Shown here in pieces: positions 51,458 through 63,992 of a DNA stretch of 64,000 nt. The notes under the pieces are model-generated. The model searched no databases. It worked only from the letters and a program-made list of their open reading frames with translations, and was not told the DNA's origin. Each line of letters begins with the position of its first letter. Within the stretch, counting starts at the first letter, position 1. The stretch spans positions 2,232,368-2,296,367 of the forward strand of contig OZ244194.1 of NCBI GenBank assembly GCA_965216665.1, written 5' to 3'. The position numbers and the translations under genes are program-made. Source of the stretch: Arenicellales bacterium (GTDB lineage Bacteria; Pseudomonadota; Gammaproteobacteria; Arenicellales; JAANXG01).

Positions 51458-54400
51458 TCAGTGCGCGGCGCCCAAACGGCCGGGGACCGCACGTCGCAAC
51501 AAGACGTTACGCGCGTTCCATTCCAGTTCCGGCGTCAGTGGTTCCATGAACGCCACGTCCTTGCCCCGCTGCACCGCAATCGGCGCCCCGTCGCGGAACA
51601 GAATCCGATTGCGCGCGGTCGCCGGAACGCGGGGACCGGGGAATATGCTGCCCAATAGGTTCAGCGGATCAGCGGCGCAAATCGACACCAGCGTGCCGGT
51701 GTTCGTCCGTTTGCGGACTTCGCGCAGCGCAGCGACCGTTCCAGGCAACGCGAACTGTTCTCCGGAGAAACCGGCCACAAAACGACCGCCCCGAACTTCG
51801 CCCCGCGCCTCCATACGTCGCAGGACGTGCAACAAATCGCGCCACGGGGGCAGCCAGATCGCTTCGCGGTCGAGCAGCGCCCGGAACACGATCCCGTAAC
51901 GGTTGAGCAGCACTTCCGCGACGCGCCGCAGTGCAGCATCGGACGGCACGGCCGGTGTGCCGGGATGGACCAAAGTCCAGCGCCCCGCCTCGTCCATCAA
52001 AGGCGTTGCGCCACGGCGACGGCCGAGGGTGTCGCTGCGGCGCCGCGGCGTAATCAACCCGCGCAGACCGCTGAAGCCGTCAGCACGAACCAGTCCCAGC
52101 GCCACCAATTCCGCAAGCCCCGTCTCCACCTGGCTCGCCAGCAACCCGGTCAGCCGCTGCAGTTCGTCGAAAAACAACGTCTCCCGCTGTACCAGGGTCT
52201 CGTGCACACGACGTGCGCCCGCGGACAGATTCAGCGTGCACGTGTCCGGGGGGGCGGCGAAAGTGCACCAGACCCCGTGGTGCGCCCGTTGCACCAGCGC
52301 GATGGGTGTGGTGCGCAGCGGCCCGGCCCGACTTCGCGCCGCGCCGTTGCGGGGCGTTTGCAAACGCATCCATTGCCAACGGCCCGACAGGCACAGACCG
52401 TCGAGATCGCGCGTGTCGTAGTGATACAGTCGCGTCGGGAGAATCTCCGCTTCCCAGGCACCGGCCGGCACTTCAAACCCCTCGAGGAGCTCGAGGACCG
52501 CCTGCAGTGCCGCGCGGCCTTCGCCCTGCTCACCGGGGGTAACCCGGTGCCGGTCCAGGAGATAGCGCATGAACACGGCACGTGACACGGGCTCGATTTC
52601 ACGCCGCAACCGCTTCACCGTGCGCCGGTGAATACGCGCCAACAGGCGTCGTTCACACCACTCCTCACCGACCCCGCGATAGTGCCCGCGCAGGATGACA
52701 CCCTCCGCCTCCAACGCTCTGAGCGCGGCTTCCATCCGCACCCCGGGTACATCGAACGACGCCACCAACGCCGAGGTCGTCACCGGCCCGAGTCCCTCCA
52801 AGCGACCGCGCAGCAACTCTCGCAGGGCGTCCTCGGCGCTCACCGGAGCGGCCGCCGTCGCGGTAGCCGGTGGATCGAGGATCGCATCCGGATACACACT
52901 GCGGACGGTGGCGATTCGTTCGGCGGCCACCCACCATGCGCTGCCGGCGCGCCGTCGGATTCGCACCGCGCGCCGCTCCGCGACCAGCTCCGCAAACAGG
53001 TGCTGCCACCCGAACGCCAGCTCGGTGCCGTGCCGGGCGTCGTTGCGGCCTTCTTCCTCGGTCATGAACCCGAGCCACAACAGCGCGTCGTGCAGCTCGT
53101 CGGCGTCGCGCGCGTCCGGCCACGCTTCCCGGCACACCTCATCAATCACGTCGGGATCCAGGCGCCCCAGGGCTTGCGCGGTTTCCAGGTCGAGAAACGG
53201 TCGCGCTTGCACGGCGCTGGTGCGGCGCTCTTCGGCAGGAGCGTCGTCCAGAAACGCATACGGCCGGGCGCTCAAGATCTCCTGTGCGAGCGGCGACGGT
53301 TCGGTGAGATCACGCGTCACGACCTCGACGCGCCCGCACACGATTTCGCCCAGTAACCGTTCCAGGCCGACGACGTCCATGACCTCGTGTAAACAGTCGG
53401 CAAGCGTCTGCGCCACCAGGGGGTGATCGGGAATCTGCCGATACCCGGTGAGATTGTCCTGGCAGGCCAATTGGTCCGGGAACACCACGGCGATCAGGTC
53501 CTCGGCATCCATCCGCTGTAACTGCGCGGGCACTCGGCCGCTCGACCGCATGCGCCGAACAGCCAGGGCGATGTTGGCGTTCCACCGCCAGTGCGTGGGA
53601 AACATCGGCGCGGCCAACAGCGCCTGAGTCAGTATCTCGCGCACCGAATCAGGATTGAGGTAACGGGCCACCTCGCCGAGGTCAAAACTGTGCGTCGCCC
53701 CGAGCGACAAGACAATCGTGTCCTCCAGGGCCGCCGCCTGGAGTTCGAAATTGAACTGTCGACAGAATCGCTTGCGCAGGGCCAGCCCCCAAGCGCGGTT
53801 CACACGCGAACCGAAGGGCGCATGAATCACCAGATGCATGTCTCCGGACTCGTCGAAGAAGCGTTCGAAAACAATGCGCTTCTGCGTGGGTAACACCCCC
53901 AGCGCGGCATGCGCGGTGGCGAGATAGTCGACCAGCTGCCGCGCGGCACCCCGGTCCAAGCCCAGCGTTCGTTCCGCATAGTGCAGGGCGTCGTCCGGGC
54001 CGGTCTGCAACTCGACTTCGAACCGCGACCGCAGGCGCGACACCGCCGCTGACAGTTCGTCGCTGCGCCCGGGGGCTTCGCCGAACCAGAACGGAATATT
54101 GGGCGGCTGCCCGCGGGCATCCGCGACCCTGACCCGGCCTGGTTCGACTTTGAGAATTCGATATGAAGTATTACCGAGCTGAAAAATGTCGCCGGGTAAA
54201 CTTTCGAACGCGAAATCCTCATTCAACGTCCCGATTCGCTGCTCTTCCGGTTCCAGGACCACGTCATAGTCGAATTGGTCCGGGATCGCGCCGCCGTTCA
54301 TGAGTGCGGTCAGACGCGCACCCCGGCGACCGCGCAGGCGACCGTTCACGGCGTCCCGGTGCAGATGCGCACTGCGCCGACCGCGCTGGGTGGCGAAACC

Positions 54401-55765
54401 GGTCGCGAGCATGTCCACGACCTGGTCGAATTCCTCTCGCGACAGGCACCGGTACGGCCAGGCGCTGGTCACCAGTTCGTACAATGCGTCTTCCCGCCAC
54501 TCGCGACTCGCGACTTCGGCCACGATCTGCTGGGCCAAAACATCCAAAGGTTGCGCCGGAATCGACAGCGTTTCGAGTTCGTCGCGCCGTACCGCATCCA
54601 GGAGCGCCGCGCATTCCACGAGCTCGTCACGGCTGGTTGGAAATACGCGACCTTTGGGCAGCGCGTTGAGCGTGTGCCCAGAACGTCCGACGCGCTGCAA
54701 CAAAGTTGCGATTGCGCGCGGCGAGCCAATCTGACACACCAGATCGACCTCTCCCACGTCGATGCCGAGTTCCAGCGAGGCGGTTGCGACCAGTGCTCGG
54801 AGCTGGCCGGATTTGAGCCGCTGCTCAGCCTCGAGTCGATGTTCGCGCGCCAGGCTGCCATGGTGTGCGGTGACCGTTTCCTCGCCGAGAAGCTCGGCCA
54901 GGTGGCGCGCCGCGCGTTCCGCGAGTCGCCGCGTATTGACGAAAATCAGTGTCGTGCGGTGGGTGTCGATCAGGCTCGCCAGACGTGCATACACTTCTTG
55001 CCACACCTCGGTGGACATGACCGGGACCAACGGAGACGCGGGGATCTCGATCGCCAGATCCCGCTCGCGGACGTGACCCGTATCGACCATCCGACACGGC
55101 TCCTTAGCGCTACCGATCAGGAAACGCGCAATGTCCTGCATGGGTTTCTGCGTCGCCGACAACCCGATACGCGTCATCGGCGCATCGCGCAACGCGGTCA
55201 GACGCTGCAGCGACAAACTGAGGTGCGCACCCCGCTTGTTGGACACCAGGGCGTGTATCTCGTCGACGATAACCGTATCCACGGTGGCGAGCATGGCGCG
55301 GCCCGATTCCGATGTGAGCAGGATGTATAGGGATTCCGGTGTGGTGACCACGATGTGCGGGGGTTGACGGCGCATGCGGTGGCGTTCGGCCGGAGTCGTG
55401 TCGCCGGTGCGTACCCAGGCGCGAATCTCCACGTCCGGCAGTTCCAGGCGTGCGAGATGCGCACGGATTCCAGCCAGCGGTTCCTGCAGGTTCTTCTGTA
55501 CATCGTTCGACAGCGCCTTCAACGGCGACACATACAATACGCGCGTCGCGTCGGCCAGCGTCCCGCCCTGGGACAGCGCTTCGTCGAGCAACCCGTCGAT
55601 GGCGCTCATGAACGCCGCCAGCGTCTTTCCCGAACCGGTGGGCGCCGCGATCAACGTGTGATGGCCGGCCTGAATGGCTGGCCATGCCTCGCTCTGGCAG
55701 GCGGTCGGCGTGCCGAAACGCTCTTTGAACCACGCCGCCACCGCGGTATGAAAGGAGAACGTCAT
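51458..55765 (-). CDS. lhr: large ATP-dependent helicase Lhr (full-length, about 1435 aa)
   Basis: AAPTGSGKT (motif I), VIVDEIHAL (DEIH box), and a long Lhr-type C-terminal extension. I chose ATG 55765; the ORF opens at 56017. Confidence 0.9.
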   Translation of the reverse strand: MTFSFHTAVAAWFKERFGTPTACQSEAWPAIQAGHHTLIAAPTGSGKTLAAFMSAIDGLLDEALSQGGTLADATRVLYVSPLKALSNDVQKNLQEPLAGIRAHLARLELPDVEIRAWVRTGDTTPAERHRMRRQPPHIVVTTPESLYILLTSESGRAMLATVDTVIVDEIHALVSNKRGAHLSLSLQRLTALRDAPMTRIGLSATQKPMQDIARFLIGSAKEPCRMVDTGHVRERDLAIEIPASPLVPVMSTEVWQEVYARLASLIDTHRTTLIFVNTRRLAERAARHLAELLGEETVTAHHGSLAREHRLEAEQRLKSGQLRALVATASLELGIDVGEVDLVCQIGSPRAIATLLQRVGRSGHTLNALPKGRVFPTSRDELVECAALLDAVRRDELETLSIPAQPLDVLAQQIVAEVASREWREDALYELVTSAWPYRCLSREEFDQVVDMLATGFATQRGRRSAHLHRDAVNGRLRGRRGARLTALMNGGAIPDQFDYDVVLEPEEQRIGTLNEDFAFESLPGDIFQLGNTSYRILKVEPGRVRVADARGQPPNIPFWFGEAPGRSDELSAAVSRLRSRFEVELQTGPDDALHYAERTLGLDRGAARQLVDYLATAHAALGVLPTQKRIVFERFFDESGDMHLVIHAPFGSRVNRAWGLALRKRFCRQFNFELQAAALEDTIVLSLGATHSFDLGEVARYLNPDSVREILTQALLAAPMFPTHWRWNANIALAVRRMRSSGRVPAQLQRMDAEDLIAVVFPDQLACQDNLTGYRQIPDHPLVAQTLADCLHEVMDVVGLERLLGEIVCGRVEVVTRDLTEPSPLAQEILSARPYAFLDDAPAEERRTSAVQARPFLDLETAQALGRLDPDVIDEVCREAWPDARDADELHDALLWLGFMTEEEGRNDARHGTELAFGWQHLFAELVAERRAVRIRRRAGSAWWVAAERIATVRSVYPDAILDPPATATAAAPVSAEDALRELLRGRLEGLGPVTTSALVASFDVPGVRMEAALRALEAEGVILRGHYRGVGEEWCERRLLARIHRRTVKRLRREIEPVSRAVFMRYLLDRHRVTPGEQGEGRAALQAVLELLEGFEVPAGAWEAEILPTRLYHYDTRDLDGLCLSGRWQWMRLQTPRNGAARSRAGPLRTTPIALVQRAHHGVWCTFAAPPDTCTLNLSAGARRVHETLVQRETLFFDELQRLTGLLASQVETGLAELVALGLVRADGFSGLRGLITPRRRSDTLGRRRGATPLMDEAGRWTLVHPGTPAVPSDAALRRVAEVLLNRYGIVFRALLDREAIWLPPWRDLLHVLRRMEARGEVRGGRFVAGFSGEQFALPGTVAALREVRKRTNTGTLVSICAADPLNLLGSIFPGPRVPATARNRILFRDGAPIAVQRGKDVAFMEPLTPELEWNARNVLLRRAVPGRLGAAH

Positions 55766-55937
55766 CGTCGCAGTAAACCACTGTTCGCGCGGCCTGTACA
55801 AGGGCGTTCCGCACCGACGCCGCAACTGATAAAGTCGTACCGGGCGCACGAGGATCGCGCCGCTAAGCTGCGGTGACGGGTCCGAGCCCGATGTATTCGT
55901 TCCGGCAACCCGTGGCGCGGCACGGTCATCTCGAACC

Positions 55938-58028
55938 ATGGATCCGATCCCGGCAAACCAACTTGAGGAGCGGCTCGAATCGGCGGTGTACGCAGCGCTC
56001 GGTACGCACCGCAGCATACGCGCGCCCGCCGCCCGCTTGTCCCGTTTGTCACCGCGATTGCAACGCCGATTCCTGGACGCGCTGGATTCGATCGCTGGCG
56101 CCAGCGCAGAGCTCGGTTACCATTTTTGTTACGCGGGTCAAAACGGTCTGCAGCGGATGGACGAGTGCGAGTGGCGTGCGTGGACCCACCATTTGCTCGA
56201 CCGCTATCGTTCCGGCGGCGTCATCGCCAGTGTGAGCGCGATGAATCGGGGGGCCGACTTCGTTGCCGACGCCCGTCACCTTCTGAGTGCGGTGCGTTTC
56301 GATGACGTCGCTGGGCTGTTGGAACGCGTAGTCACCGGATTGAACGGGCGGTCGTTGCGACTCGAGACCGCCGAGGAGCCGTACACGGATACGGAAACGC
56401 TGTTTCTACCCGTGGTCGTCAACCAGTGCCCGGACCGTGACCGGAATTTCCAGTTATGCAAATCGATGCTCCTGCATTTGTGGGCGCAGACCTGGTTCGG
56501 AACCTGGCGCGTGCCACTCGACTCGACCATCAAAGCATTCCCGGATACGGGCCGCGCGCTGGCCCGCTTCCAGGTCCTGGAGGTGATGCGCCTCGACGCG
56601 TGTGTGGCCCGCGAGTTGCCCGGCGCTTACCGGGTCCTGCGAAGTTTCCAGCGCTGCAATGCGCACTCCGCGCAGAGCGTCTGGCGCGCCGCTCGGCAAC
56701 GACTGGCGCATGCCCAAGCGCGCGTCGAAGACTGTCACCGACTCCTCGCTGACGTCTATCGCGTCGACCGCGTTCCCCCGCTGCCCCCCTACGCCGGCCG
56801 CTTGCATCCGCGGCGCACGGAAGCGGTGCGCGCGGCGCGCTTGGCGCGCGAGAAGGCCGAGCTCGGCGAGCGCCTGGCCGGCCTGGGCCATCGCGGTGCC
56901 GATCATGCCGCGGGCGGTGGCCCGCCACGGGGTGCACGTTTCGAGATCGAGAACCGCGCGACCGGCCACGCGGATGCGGCCCTGGCGGTGTGCGTGGATG
57001 GCAGACCGGCGCAGACCGATCCAGACACCAGCCGGTTACTGCAGTCGATCTACCAGGATCTGGGCGAGATTCCCGACCCCTACCTAGAGCCTGGGGACGC
57101 GCTTCAACAGCGCGGTGGGGCGGAACGGGTAAACCGTCCGGCGACCGCGGCGGATCCCGCGGCCCTTCGCTACGACGAATGGGATTACGTTCGTCAGGAC
57201 TACCGCAAGGGCTGGTGCTCGTTACGCGAACGCGACGGGGTGATGATCCGTGACGGTTTCGTCGCCGCTACGCTTCGCAAACATCGCGGCTTGCTCAAGC
57301 ACGTATTACGTCTGTTCGAGGCGTTGCGCCACGACGAGCGCACATTGCGCCGGCAACCCGACGGAGACGGCATCGATATCGATGCCGCGATCGCCGATCT
57401 CGCGGAGTTGCGTATGGGCCGCGAGGGCTCGCAACGCCTGTTCATTCAGCGGCGGCCCCGGGAACGCGATGTGGCGGTGCTGTTCATGGTCGACATGAGT
57501 GGCTCCACCAAAGGGTGGGTCAACGATCTGGCGCGGGAGTCTCTCGTGTTGTTGTGCGAATCTCTGGATGTGCTGCGGGACCGATATGCGATATACGGTT
57601 TCTCCGGATTTACCCATCGACGCTGTGAGTCGTTCCGCGTGAAATGTTTCGCGGACGCATACGATGACGACGTGCGCGCCCGTATCAGTGGTATTCGTCC
57701 CCACAATTACACGCGCATGGGCGTCGCCATTCGCCACCTCTCGTCGATATTGAGTCGCGTCGAAGCCCGTACCCGCATTCTCGTCACGCTGACGGACGGC
57801 CGACCTGACGATCACGACGGTTACGACGGTGTCTACGGGATCGAGGACACGCGCCGGGCACTGATTGAAACACGGCAGCTGGGAATACATCCGTTCTGCA
57901 TTACCATCGATGAGCAAGGGCTCGACTACCTGCCGCGCATGTACGGACCGGCCAACTTCGTAATCGTAAACCGCGTGGAGACGCTACCGTTCAAGGTCTC
58001 CGATATCTACCGACGTCTCACCACGTAG
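55938..58028 (+). CDS. NorD/CbbO-family von Willebrand factor A protein
   Basis: C-terminal vWA with [16 protein letters not shown], ...[10 protein letters not shown]...[13 protein letters not shown]...IEDTRRAL...PFCITID...[13 protein letters not shown]. Confidence 0.8.
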   Translation: MDPIPANQLEERLESAVYAALGTHRSIRAPAARLSRLSPRLQRRFLDALDSIAGASAELGYHFCYAGQNGLQRMDECEWRAWTHHLLDRYRSGGVIASVSAMNRGADFVADARHLLSAVRFDDVAGLLERVVTGLNGRSLRLETAEEPYTDTETLFLPVVVNQCPDRDRNFQLCKSMLLHLWAQTWFGTWRVPLDSTIKAFPDTGRALARFQVLEVMRLDACVARELPGAYRVLRSFQRCNAHSAQSVWRAARQRLAHAQARVEDCHRLLADVYRVDRVPPLPPYAGRLHPRRTEAVRAARLAREKAELGERLAGLGHRGADHAAGGGPPRGARFEIENRATGHADAALAVCVDGRPAQTDPDTSRLLQSIYQDLGEIPDPYLEPGDALQQRGGAERVNRPATAADPAALRYDEWDYVRQDYRKGWCSLRERDGVMIRDGFVAATLRKHRGLLKHVLRLFEALRHDERTLRRQPDGDGIDIDAAIADLAELRMGREGSQRLFIQRRPRERDVAVLFMVDMSGSTKGWVNDLARESLVLLCESLDVLRDRYAIYGFSGFTHRRCESFRVKCFADAYDDDVRARISGIRPHNYTRMGVAIRHLSSILSRVEARTRILVTLTDGRPDDHDGYDGVYGIEDTRRALIETRQLGIHPFCITIDEQGLDYLPRMYGPANFVIVNRVETLPFKVSDIYRRLTT

Positions 58029-58035
58029 CACGACC

Positions 58036-59193
58036 TTGGATCGGCAGATCATACATGTCGACATGGATGCGTTTTACGCCGCGGTGGAGATCCGCGATCG
58101 ACCCGAATTGTCGGACAGACCGGTGGTGGTCGGAGGCAATCCCGAGCGGCGCGGCGTGGTGGCGGCTGCCAGTTACGCCGCGCGGCGCTACGGAATCAAG
58201 AGCGCGATGCCGACCCGTCGCGCCGCACGCTTGTGTCCGCACGCGGTGTTTCTGCCGCCACGCATGGGGCACTATGCAGCGGTATCCAGGGACCTGCGCG
58301 CGCTGCTGGACCGGTACACGCCGCTCGTGGAGCCTCTGGCGTTGGACGAGGCGTTCCTGGACGTCACTGAAAGCCAACGCCTCTACGGATCCGCGCCACA
58401 CATCGGCATGCGTATCCGCGACGAGCTGCATACCGAACTGGGTTTGACGGCATCCGTGGGCGTTGCGCCGAACAAGTTCCTCGCCAAACTGGCCAGCGAC
58501 ATCGAAAAACCGAACGGTTTCGTGGTCGTGGACCGTGACCGGATCGACGAGTTCCTGGCGCCCTTGCCGGTGAGCCGGCTGTGGGGCGTGGGTAAGTCCG
58601 TCGAACAGCGCCTAGCATCGCTCGGTGTGTTCTGTATCGGTGACTTGCAGACCCGCGGTTCACAGTGGGCGGCGCACCACCTGGGAAGGCTCGGTGGGCA
58701 GATCTCGAAGCTCGCGCACGGCATCGATGATCGGCCGGTAGTCGCCGGCCGACCCGCGAAATCGATCTCGCACGAAACCACGTTCGCCACCGACGTCACC
58801 GATGCCGCCCAACTCGCGACAACGCTCTCACGTCTGACCGACCGGGTGGCCCGCCGCCTGCGCGCTCAAGGGCGTCACGCGCGCACCGTCGCGGTGAAAG
58901 TGCGTTTCCGGGATTTCACCACCGTGACGCGAAGCAAACACTTGCCGTCTCCGCAGCGTAGTACCCCGCCCATCTGGCGCACCGTGCAGACTCTGTTCAC
59001 TGTAGCCCGACATGCGAGACCGCAGCCGATTCGCCTGTTGGGCGTGGCGGTGAGCGGCCTCGTCGAGGCGCATCCGCAGGAGGAACTATTCCACTGGGCA
59101 ACGGACCAAGGTGACAGCACGGTCGACGATCTCACCGACCGTATCGTCGAGCGTTTCGGCGAAGGTGCGCTGTATCGGGGCTCTTCTTCCTGA
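58036..59193 (+). CDS. dinB: DNA polymerase IV
   Basis: IIHVDMDAFYAAVE...LDEAFLDVT.... TTG start. Confidence 0.9.
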   Translation: MDRQIIHVDMDAFYAAVEIRDRPELSDRPVVVGGNPERRGVVAAASYAARRYGIKSAMPTRRAARLCPHAVFLPPRMGHYAAVSRDLRALLDRYTPLVEPLALDEAFLDVTESQRLYGSAPHIGMRIRDELHTELGLTASVGVAPNKFLAKLASDIEKPNGFVVVDRDRIDEFLAPLPVSRLWGVGKSVEQRLASLGVFCIGDLQTRGSQWAAHHLGRLGGQISKLAHGIDDRPVVAGRPAKSISHETTFATDVTDAAQLATTLSRLTDRVARRLRAQGRHARTVAVKVRFRDFTTVTRSKHLPSPQRSTPPIWRTVQTLFTVARHARPQPIRLLGVAVSGLVEAHPQEELFHWATDQGDSTVDDLTDRIVERFGEGALYRGSSS

Positions 59194-59235
59194 TGCGGCG
59201 CGGGACTTGACTACGCGACAATCCTCTAGGAGCAC

Positions 59236-59643
59236 ATGAACGACCAGCAGAAGATCCACAAGACGAAAGCCGAGTGGTTCCGGGAACTGACTCCGGAGCA
59301 ATTCCACGTGTGTCGAGAGAAGGGCACCGAACGCCCGTTCAGCGGCAAATACCACGACTGCAAGAAGCGCGGTGTCTATCGCTGCGTGTGCTGTGGGTCG
59401 CCCTTGTTTTCGTCGCGTACCAAGTTCGATTCGGGAACCGGCTGGCCGAGTTTCTATCGTCCAGTGTCCGAGGATGCCGTCGAGGATGCGCTCGACGAAA
59501 GCCACGGCATGCGCCGTACGGAGGTGGTCTGCCGGAGATGCGACGCCCACCTGGGGCACGTTTTCGAAGACGGCCCGCAGCCCACCGGACTGCGCTACTG
59601 CATTAATTCGGCTGCGCTGGCGCTCGACGAAGACCCAAACTAA
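59236..59643 (+). CDS. msrB: peptide-methionine (R)-S-oxide reductase
   Basis: [22 protein letters not shown]...[26 protein letters not shown]. Confidence 0.9.
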   Translation: MNDQQKIHKTKAEWFRELTPEQFHVCREKGTERPFSGKYHDCKKRGVYRCVCCGSPLFSSRTKFDSGTGWPSFYRPVSEDAVEDALDESHGMRRTEVVCRRCDAHLGHVFEDGPQPTGLRYCINSAALALDEDPN

Positions 59644-59662
59644 AAGCCCGGGGGGCGCGGCC

Positions 59663-61822
59663 TCAACTCTTGTCCGTGATCGGTGGTTCCTGTTGCGGGG
59701 CGCGTGCACGGACTGTCGGTATGCGCACCTGATCCCCCACGTTCAATCCTCCCGCGTCGGGGTTGTAGCGCGTCAAGACCCAGTAGGGTAGCTCGTATTC
59801 ACGAGCCAGCTTCCAAAGATTGTCACCCTTTTTGAGGGTGTGGGTCTCGATCCCGGACACATCATAATGTTCACGGAACTCATCCACCAGGGTACGATGA
59901 TATTCGGCCCGTTTTTCCTCGAACCCGCTACGCTGCTGGTCGTTGTTTATGGGCAGCCGCAACTTCTGACCGATCCGCAACTGCCGCCCGTACTGGAGCC
60001 CATTGAGCTTACGCAGCTTGGTGGCGACCCCGATACCCAGCCAGTCCGCATAGTGCCCCAGCGTCTCCTCGGGCAACACCCGAATCGAATATGTGGAACG
60101 CCCCTTCCGGCTGGCGACCACGACGCGACCATCCACATCGGTGGTAAGCGGCGCCAACGCCTCGCGCGTGCCGACCGGTCCTGCGCCCGCCGTTCCCGTG
60201 ACCCGTTCACGCGGCTTTTCAGGCGCGGGTTCCTTGAAAACCTCCGGCGTTTGTGCGGCGTCGGTGCGCGGCGCCGGTGCGGAACGGCGCTTCGACGGCG
60301 CCGGACTCATGGCTTTGGGTTCCGCCTTGGCCACTACGAGCTTCGGTTTGGTGCTCGGACGACCTGGAATGTCCAGTTTCTGGCCCACCCGAATCAAAGC
60401 ACGCCGGCCGAGCCGGTTGAGCTCGATCAAGTCCCGGCAACGCACGTCGAACGCCCGTGCGATGCGACACGCGGTGTCGCCGCGCCGGACGATGTATTGA
60501 CGGCCGCTCAGTTGTGGTTGTTCGGCGGGCAACGAGTTGAGCTTCGCCACCTGCTCGAACCACTGATCTTTACGGTACGGTAAGCGCAGCGTATAGCCCT
60601 CCGGAATGAGCCGCCAGCCGTTCCACACGAACCGTGTCAGCGCGGGATTCAGCGCTTTCAGTTCCGCCGCCGAAACGCCGAACACTTGCGTGACGCGATC
60701 TACGGAGGTCGGCTGCTTGAGCGCCGCCGCCGAATAGCGCAGAGGTTGTGCGCGGGCCACGGAACCGAAGTATCGTTCGGCGTTCTTGGCCACGTAGCGG
60801 GCGGCCAGGAAACTCGAATAAAAATTCTTCACCGCGGTGCGAAATGCACGGGACCGGTACTTTTTCAGGACTTGCACGTAGTCGGGCCCGATCTTGTTGA
60901 TCGCGCGCGACATGCCCGCCACGCCGTAGTTGTACGACGTGATCACGAACGGATTGATTTGACCCTTGGTGATTTTCCCGTTTTTCTTCTCCGCCAGTGC
61001 AGTCAGCGTGGCGGTACTGCGGCTCAGGTAGCGCGCCGCCCCCCAGGTGGCGGCTTCCGGATCGAACCGTTCATCGATCGTCGCGTTTAGTTGCAGTCCC
61101 AACTTACGCGCGGTGCGCGGCATGATCTGCCAGAGACCAGCGGCCCCTACCCGGGAATACGCTTTCGGGTTGTAGGCCGATTCCACGAACGGCAGATACT
61201 GGATATCTTCGGACAGGTTGTGTTCGCGCAAGACCTGCACCACGTGATTGCGGTACCGACCGTAACGTTTCAAGGCGCCAACGAAACGATCCCGATTGCC
61301 TTGCTGGCAGCGAATGTTTTTCGCCGACGTACGCAGCGTCCCTGCACGGCGATCGGGAAACAATTCGAGCAATGCCTGTTCCTCATCGCTCCACTTGGTC
61401 GTCTTTTTGTCCAGCTTGGTTGCGATGCCGTTCAGGAGTCGCCGAATGCGTTTCCGCTCTCTCTCGATCGCCGGCGCCGCACCGCGCCGCCGACACGTGG
61501 CGGTGGTACGCTTTACGGAGTACACGCGCTCCGGGCGTTGCGTGTCGTGGAAGATGACCTGGTCTGTGGTCCACGACCGAAATACCTTGACCCAGAAATC
61601 CACGCGCCGGCGAATTTCGGGCGGGCACGGAAAGGTGTCGTCACACTGTAGATCGTGCCGTTCGACTTTGGGTACGGCATGCGCGGGGCCCCCTGCCACC
61701 GCCAGGAACAGCACCAGCGGAAGTACAGCCATTGTAAGACGCGAGGCGAACATCGATTTTACGGTGTTAAGTCCGGTCTTCCTTTCCAGTCGGGGAAATG
61801 CGACGAGGCGCGCGGTGCGCAA
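59663..61822 (-). CDS. mltD: membrane-bound lytic murein transglycosylase D-like (SLT domain plus LysM repeats)
   Basis: VESAYNPKAYSRVGAAGLWQIMP, and several LysM-like repeats (YIVRRGDTACRIA, HTLKKGDNLWKLA). An alternative start is ATG 61753. Confidence 0.8.
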   Translation of the reverse strand: MRTARLVAFPRLERKTGLNTVKSMFASRLTMAVLPLVLFLAVAGGPAHAVPKVERHDLQCDDTFPCPPEIRRRVDFWVKVFRSWTTDQVIFHDTQRPERVYSVKRTTATCRRRGAAPAIERERKRIRRLLNGIATKLDKKTTKWSDEEQALLELFPDRRAGTLRTSAKNIRCQQGNRDRFVGALKRYGRYRNHVVQVLREHNLSEDIQYLPFVESAYNPKAYSRVGAAGLWQIMPRTARKLGLQLNATIDERFDPEAATWGAARYLSRSTATLTALAEKKNGKITKGQINPFVITSYNYGVAGMSRAINKIGPDYVQVLKKYRSRAFRTAVKNFYSSFLAARYVAKNAERYFGSVARAQPLRYSAAALKQPTSVDRVTQVFGVSAAELKALNPALTRFVWNGWRLIPEGYTLRLPYRKDQWFEQVAKLNSLPAEQPQLSGRQYIVRRGDTACRIARAFDVRCRDLIELNRLGRRALIRVGQKLDIPGRPSTKPKLVVAKAEPKAMSPAPSKRRSAPAPRTDAAQTPEVFKEPAPEKPRERVTGTAGAGPVGTREALAPLTTDVDGRVVVASRKGRSTYSIRVLPEETLGHYADWLGIGVATKLRKLNGLQYGRQLRIGQKLRLPINNDQQRSGFEEKRAEYHRTLVDEFREHYDVSGIETHTLKKGDNLWKLAREYELPYWVLTRYNPDAGGLNVGDQVRIPTVRARAPQQEPPITDKS

Positions 61823-61907
61823 AGCTTCCCGCCACCAACCCGTGTTTTGTTGCTACTAATCATAGTGAATCCATCGTCCATATGCCACGTCGGGCCGCCC
61901 TATCCGA

Positions 61908-63992
61908 TCAACGGAATTCCACCAGGCGGTCCGGCGCCGCTACCGCGCGCCGTTCGACTTGCCCGCACAGGTGGCGGACCGTCACCGTCACCGGCCCGGA
62001 GTAGGTACCGAGACCGAAGTGCGCAACAAACGGATCCTGGGAACCGGTACCCCGCCCGGCCGTTACTTCGCTGACCGACCGGCGCGCGCCGTAGTCGACG
62101 ACGATGCGCGCACCGACCCCGTAATGGTTGCACAACCGGGAACGGATGCGCACCTTCAACCAGTGCCGATCGCCGCCGCGGTTACGGAATAACCGCACGC
62201 CGTCGCGGCTTGCAACGAATAGATCGAGGTAACCGTCATTATCGTAGTCTGCCGCCGCCGCACCCCAGCCGTTCGCGACTGAGGTACCGCTGTAGGCGGT
62301 GATGTCGTCGAATTGCGCCTTACCCCGATTCTGATACAGATGACTTAAGCGACCCGGATACACACTGGTGACATAAAGATCGAGGTCGCCGTCGTTATCG
62401 AAATCCGCCAGCAACGGATCGGAACTCGTCTCCTCGAAACCAATTCCGGAGTTCGGCGATGCGTCGCTGAAGCGACCGGCTCGTTTCTGCAACAGCAGCC
62501 GACTGGTGTCGGAAACATCCAGGTACCGGGGGTGGGCCAGATTCGACAGATAGACATCGACGCGCAGGTCGCCATCGACGTCGGCGGCAACGCTGCCGAT
62601 GCTGTGTCCGTACACGCCCCCGTCGTTGCGGCCGCGAAATCCCCACTCGCCGGCGGCGTCGACGAATACTTTACCGGCCTGGTTTTTCCACAACAGGTTT
62701 GGATCGAGCCGGTAATTGGCGACGAGAATGTCCTGGTAGCCGTCCTGGTCCACGTCGCTCCAGGTCACACCGCGCCCGCAGTGGGGTTCGTCGGTGATCA
62801 CCGCCAACGCCGCGCCGGCCTCCACGAACCGCCCGGCACCGACGTTGCGAAACAGCTGGTCGCGGCGACAAAGACCGCGTTCCAATCCACCCTCTTCGTA
62901 ATTGGCGGTGTAGACATCGATCCAACCGTCATTGTCGTAATCGCCCCATGCGGCAGCCTCGGTGCGACCCACGAACGGATCCGCAAACGCCAGTGCGGTG
63001 ATGTCCGAGAACCCGTGGTCGCGGTCGTTTCTGAGTAGTCGGTTACCGTTTCGTCGGGTCACCAGTACGTCGAGATCACCGTCGTTGTCCACGTCGGCCC
63101 ACACGCCGCCGGTAGCCGGCTCGGTGTCCGGATCGGACAGGACCGCATCCGCAAACCGGTGGCCGTTGTGGTTACGTAACAGATATCGACCATCGAGCAG
63201 CAGGTCTGGAAATCCGTCGTTGTCGTAGTCGGCCCACGCCACGCGTTCAGCGCGATAGCCACCGAGTCCCGCACCCTCGGTGACCTCCTCGAACCGCGCG
63301 CTGGTCTGGGTGACACCCGCCAATCGCGTCTGTTCGCGCCAGCTCGGGAAGCGGATTTCGAGCCGGCGCCGCGCGTCAGGATCAGGATGGCCGGCGGCCA
63401 CGGACAGCGCCAGATAGTGCATTTCACGGGGCGCGTCGCCGGCCGCATTTTCGGACAGTGCGGCGTACACACGCCAGCGCTCCGGGTGACGCGCCAACGC
63501 CGCGTTCAACCACGCTTGGGCCAGCGCGCGCCGACCGCGTTGCCGGGCCAGCAGTCCCCGCAAGTATGCGGTGTGAGCGCCTTCATCACCTATGGCGGTG
63601 CGCCACGCCGCGGCGTGCGTGTACCAGCGTGCTTCCGCGACCTGCGAAGCCCGCCACGCCCGCCGGTGTGCGGCGAGCAGCCGCTCCGCCCTGGGCAGCC
63701 CGCGGCCGCCTAGAATCAGCCGCTCGGCGAGCGCCTGGGCCAGGTGCCGGTTGCCGGGCAACCGCATCCACAAACGGTCCACGCTGTCCTCGTCCAACGT
63801 ATCGTGCGCCGCTACGTAGGCGCGCGCCGCCAAGCGGGCCCCGCGCAGCTCGCCGAACTGGGTAAGAAACAGTTCCGCCAAGCGCTTCCGCTCCAACTGG
63901 GTGGGGGCGGCGAGAATCTCTTCGATCAGAAATGCGGCCACCGCGGACCGCGACGGTGTGCCGGTCACCCGTGGGGCCAGACGTGTGATCAC
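61908..63992 (-). CDS. CRTAC1-family protein (TPR-like N-terminus, FG-GAP/VCBS repeats, ASPIC/UnbV C-terminus); possibly 5'-partial
   Basis: Repeated DYDNDG.(L/P)D(L/V) motifs. C-terminal ...GVGARIVV......EVTAGRGTGSQD.... No stop lies upstream of 63992 before the window ends. Confidence 0.75.
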   Translation of the reverse strand: MITRLAPRVTGTPSRSAVAAFLIEEILAAPTQLERKRLAELFLTQFGELRGARLAARAYVAAHDTLDEDSVDRLWMRLPGNRHLAQALAERLILGGRGLPRAERLLAAHRRAWRASQVAEARWYTHAAAWRTAIGDEGAHTAYLRGLLARQRGRRALAQAWLNAALARHPERWRVYAALSENAAGDAPREMHYLALSVAAGHPDPDARRRLEIRFPSWREQTRLAGVTQTSARFEEVTEGAGLGGYRAERVAWADYDNDGFPDLLLDGRYLLRNHNGHRFADAVLSDPDTEPATGGVWADVDNDGDLDVLVTRRNGNRLLRNDRDHGFSDITALAFADPFVGRTEAAAWGDYDNDGWIDVYTANYEEGGLERGLCRRDQLFRNVGAGRFVEAGAALAVITDEPHCGRGVTWSDVDQDGYQDILVANYRLDPNLLWKNQAGKVFVDAAGEWGFRGRNDGGVYGHSIGSVAADVDGDLRVDVYLSNLAHPRYLDVSDTSRLLLQKRAGRFSDASPNSGIGFEETSSDPLLADFDNDGDLDLYVTSVYPGRLSHLYQNRGKAQFDDITAYSGTSVANGWGAAAADYDNDGYLDLFVASRDGVRLFRNRGGDRHWLKVRIRSRLCNHYGVGARIVVDYGARRSVSEVTAGRGTGSQDPFVAHFGLGTYSGPVTVTVRHLCGQVERRAVAAPDRLVEFR

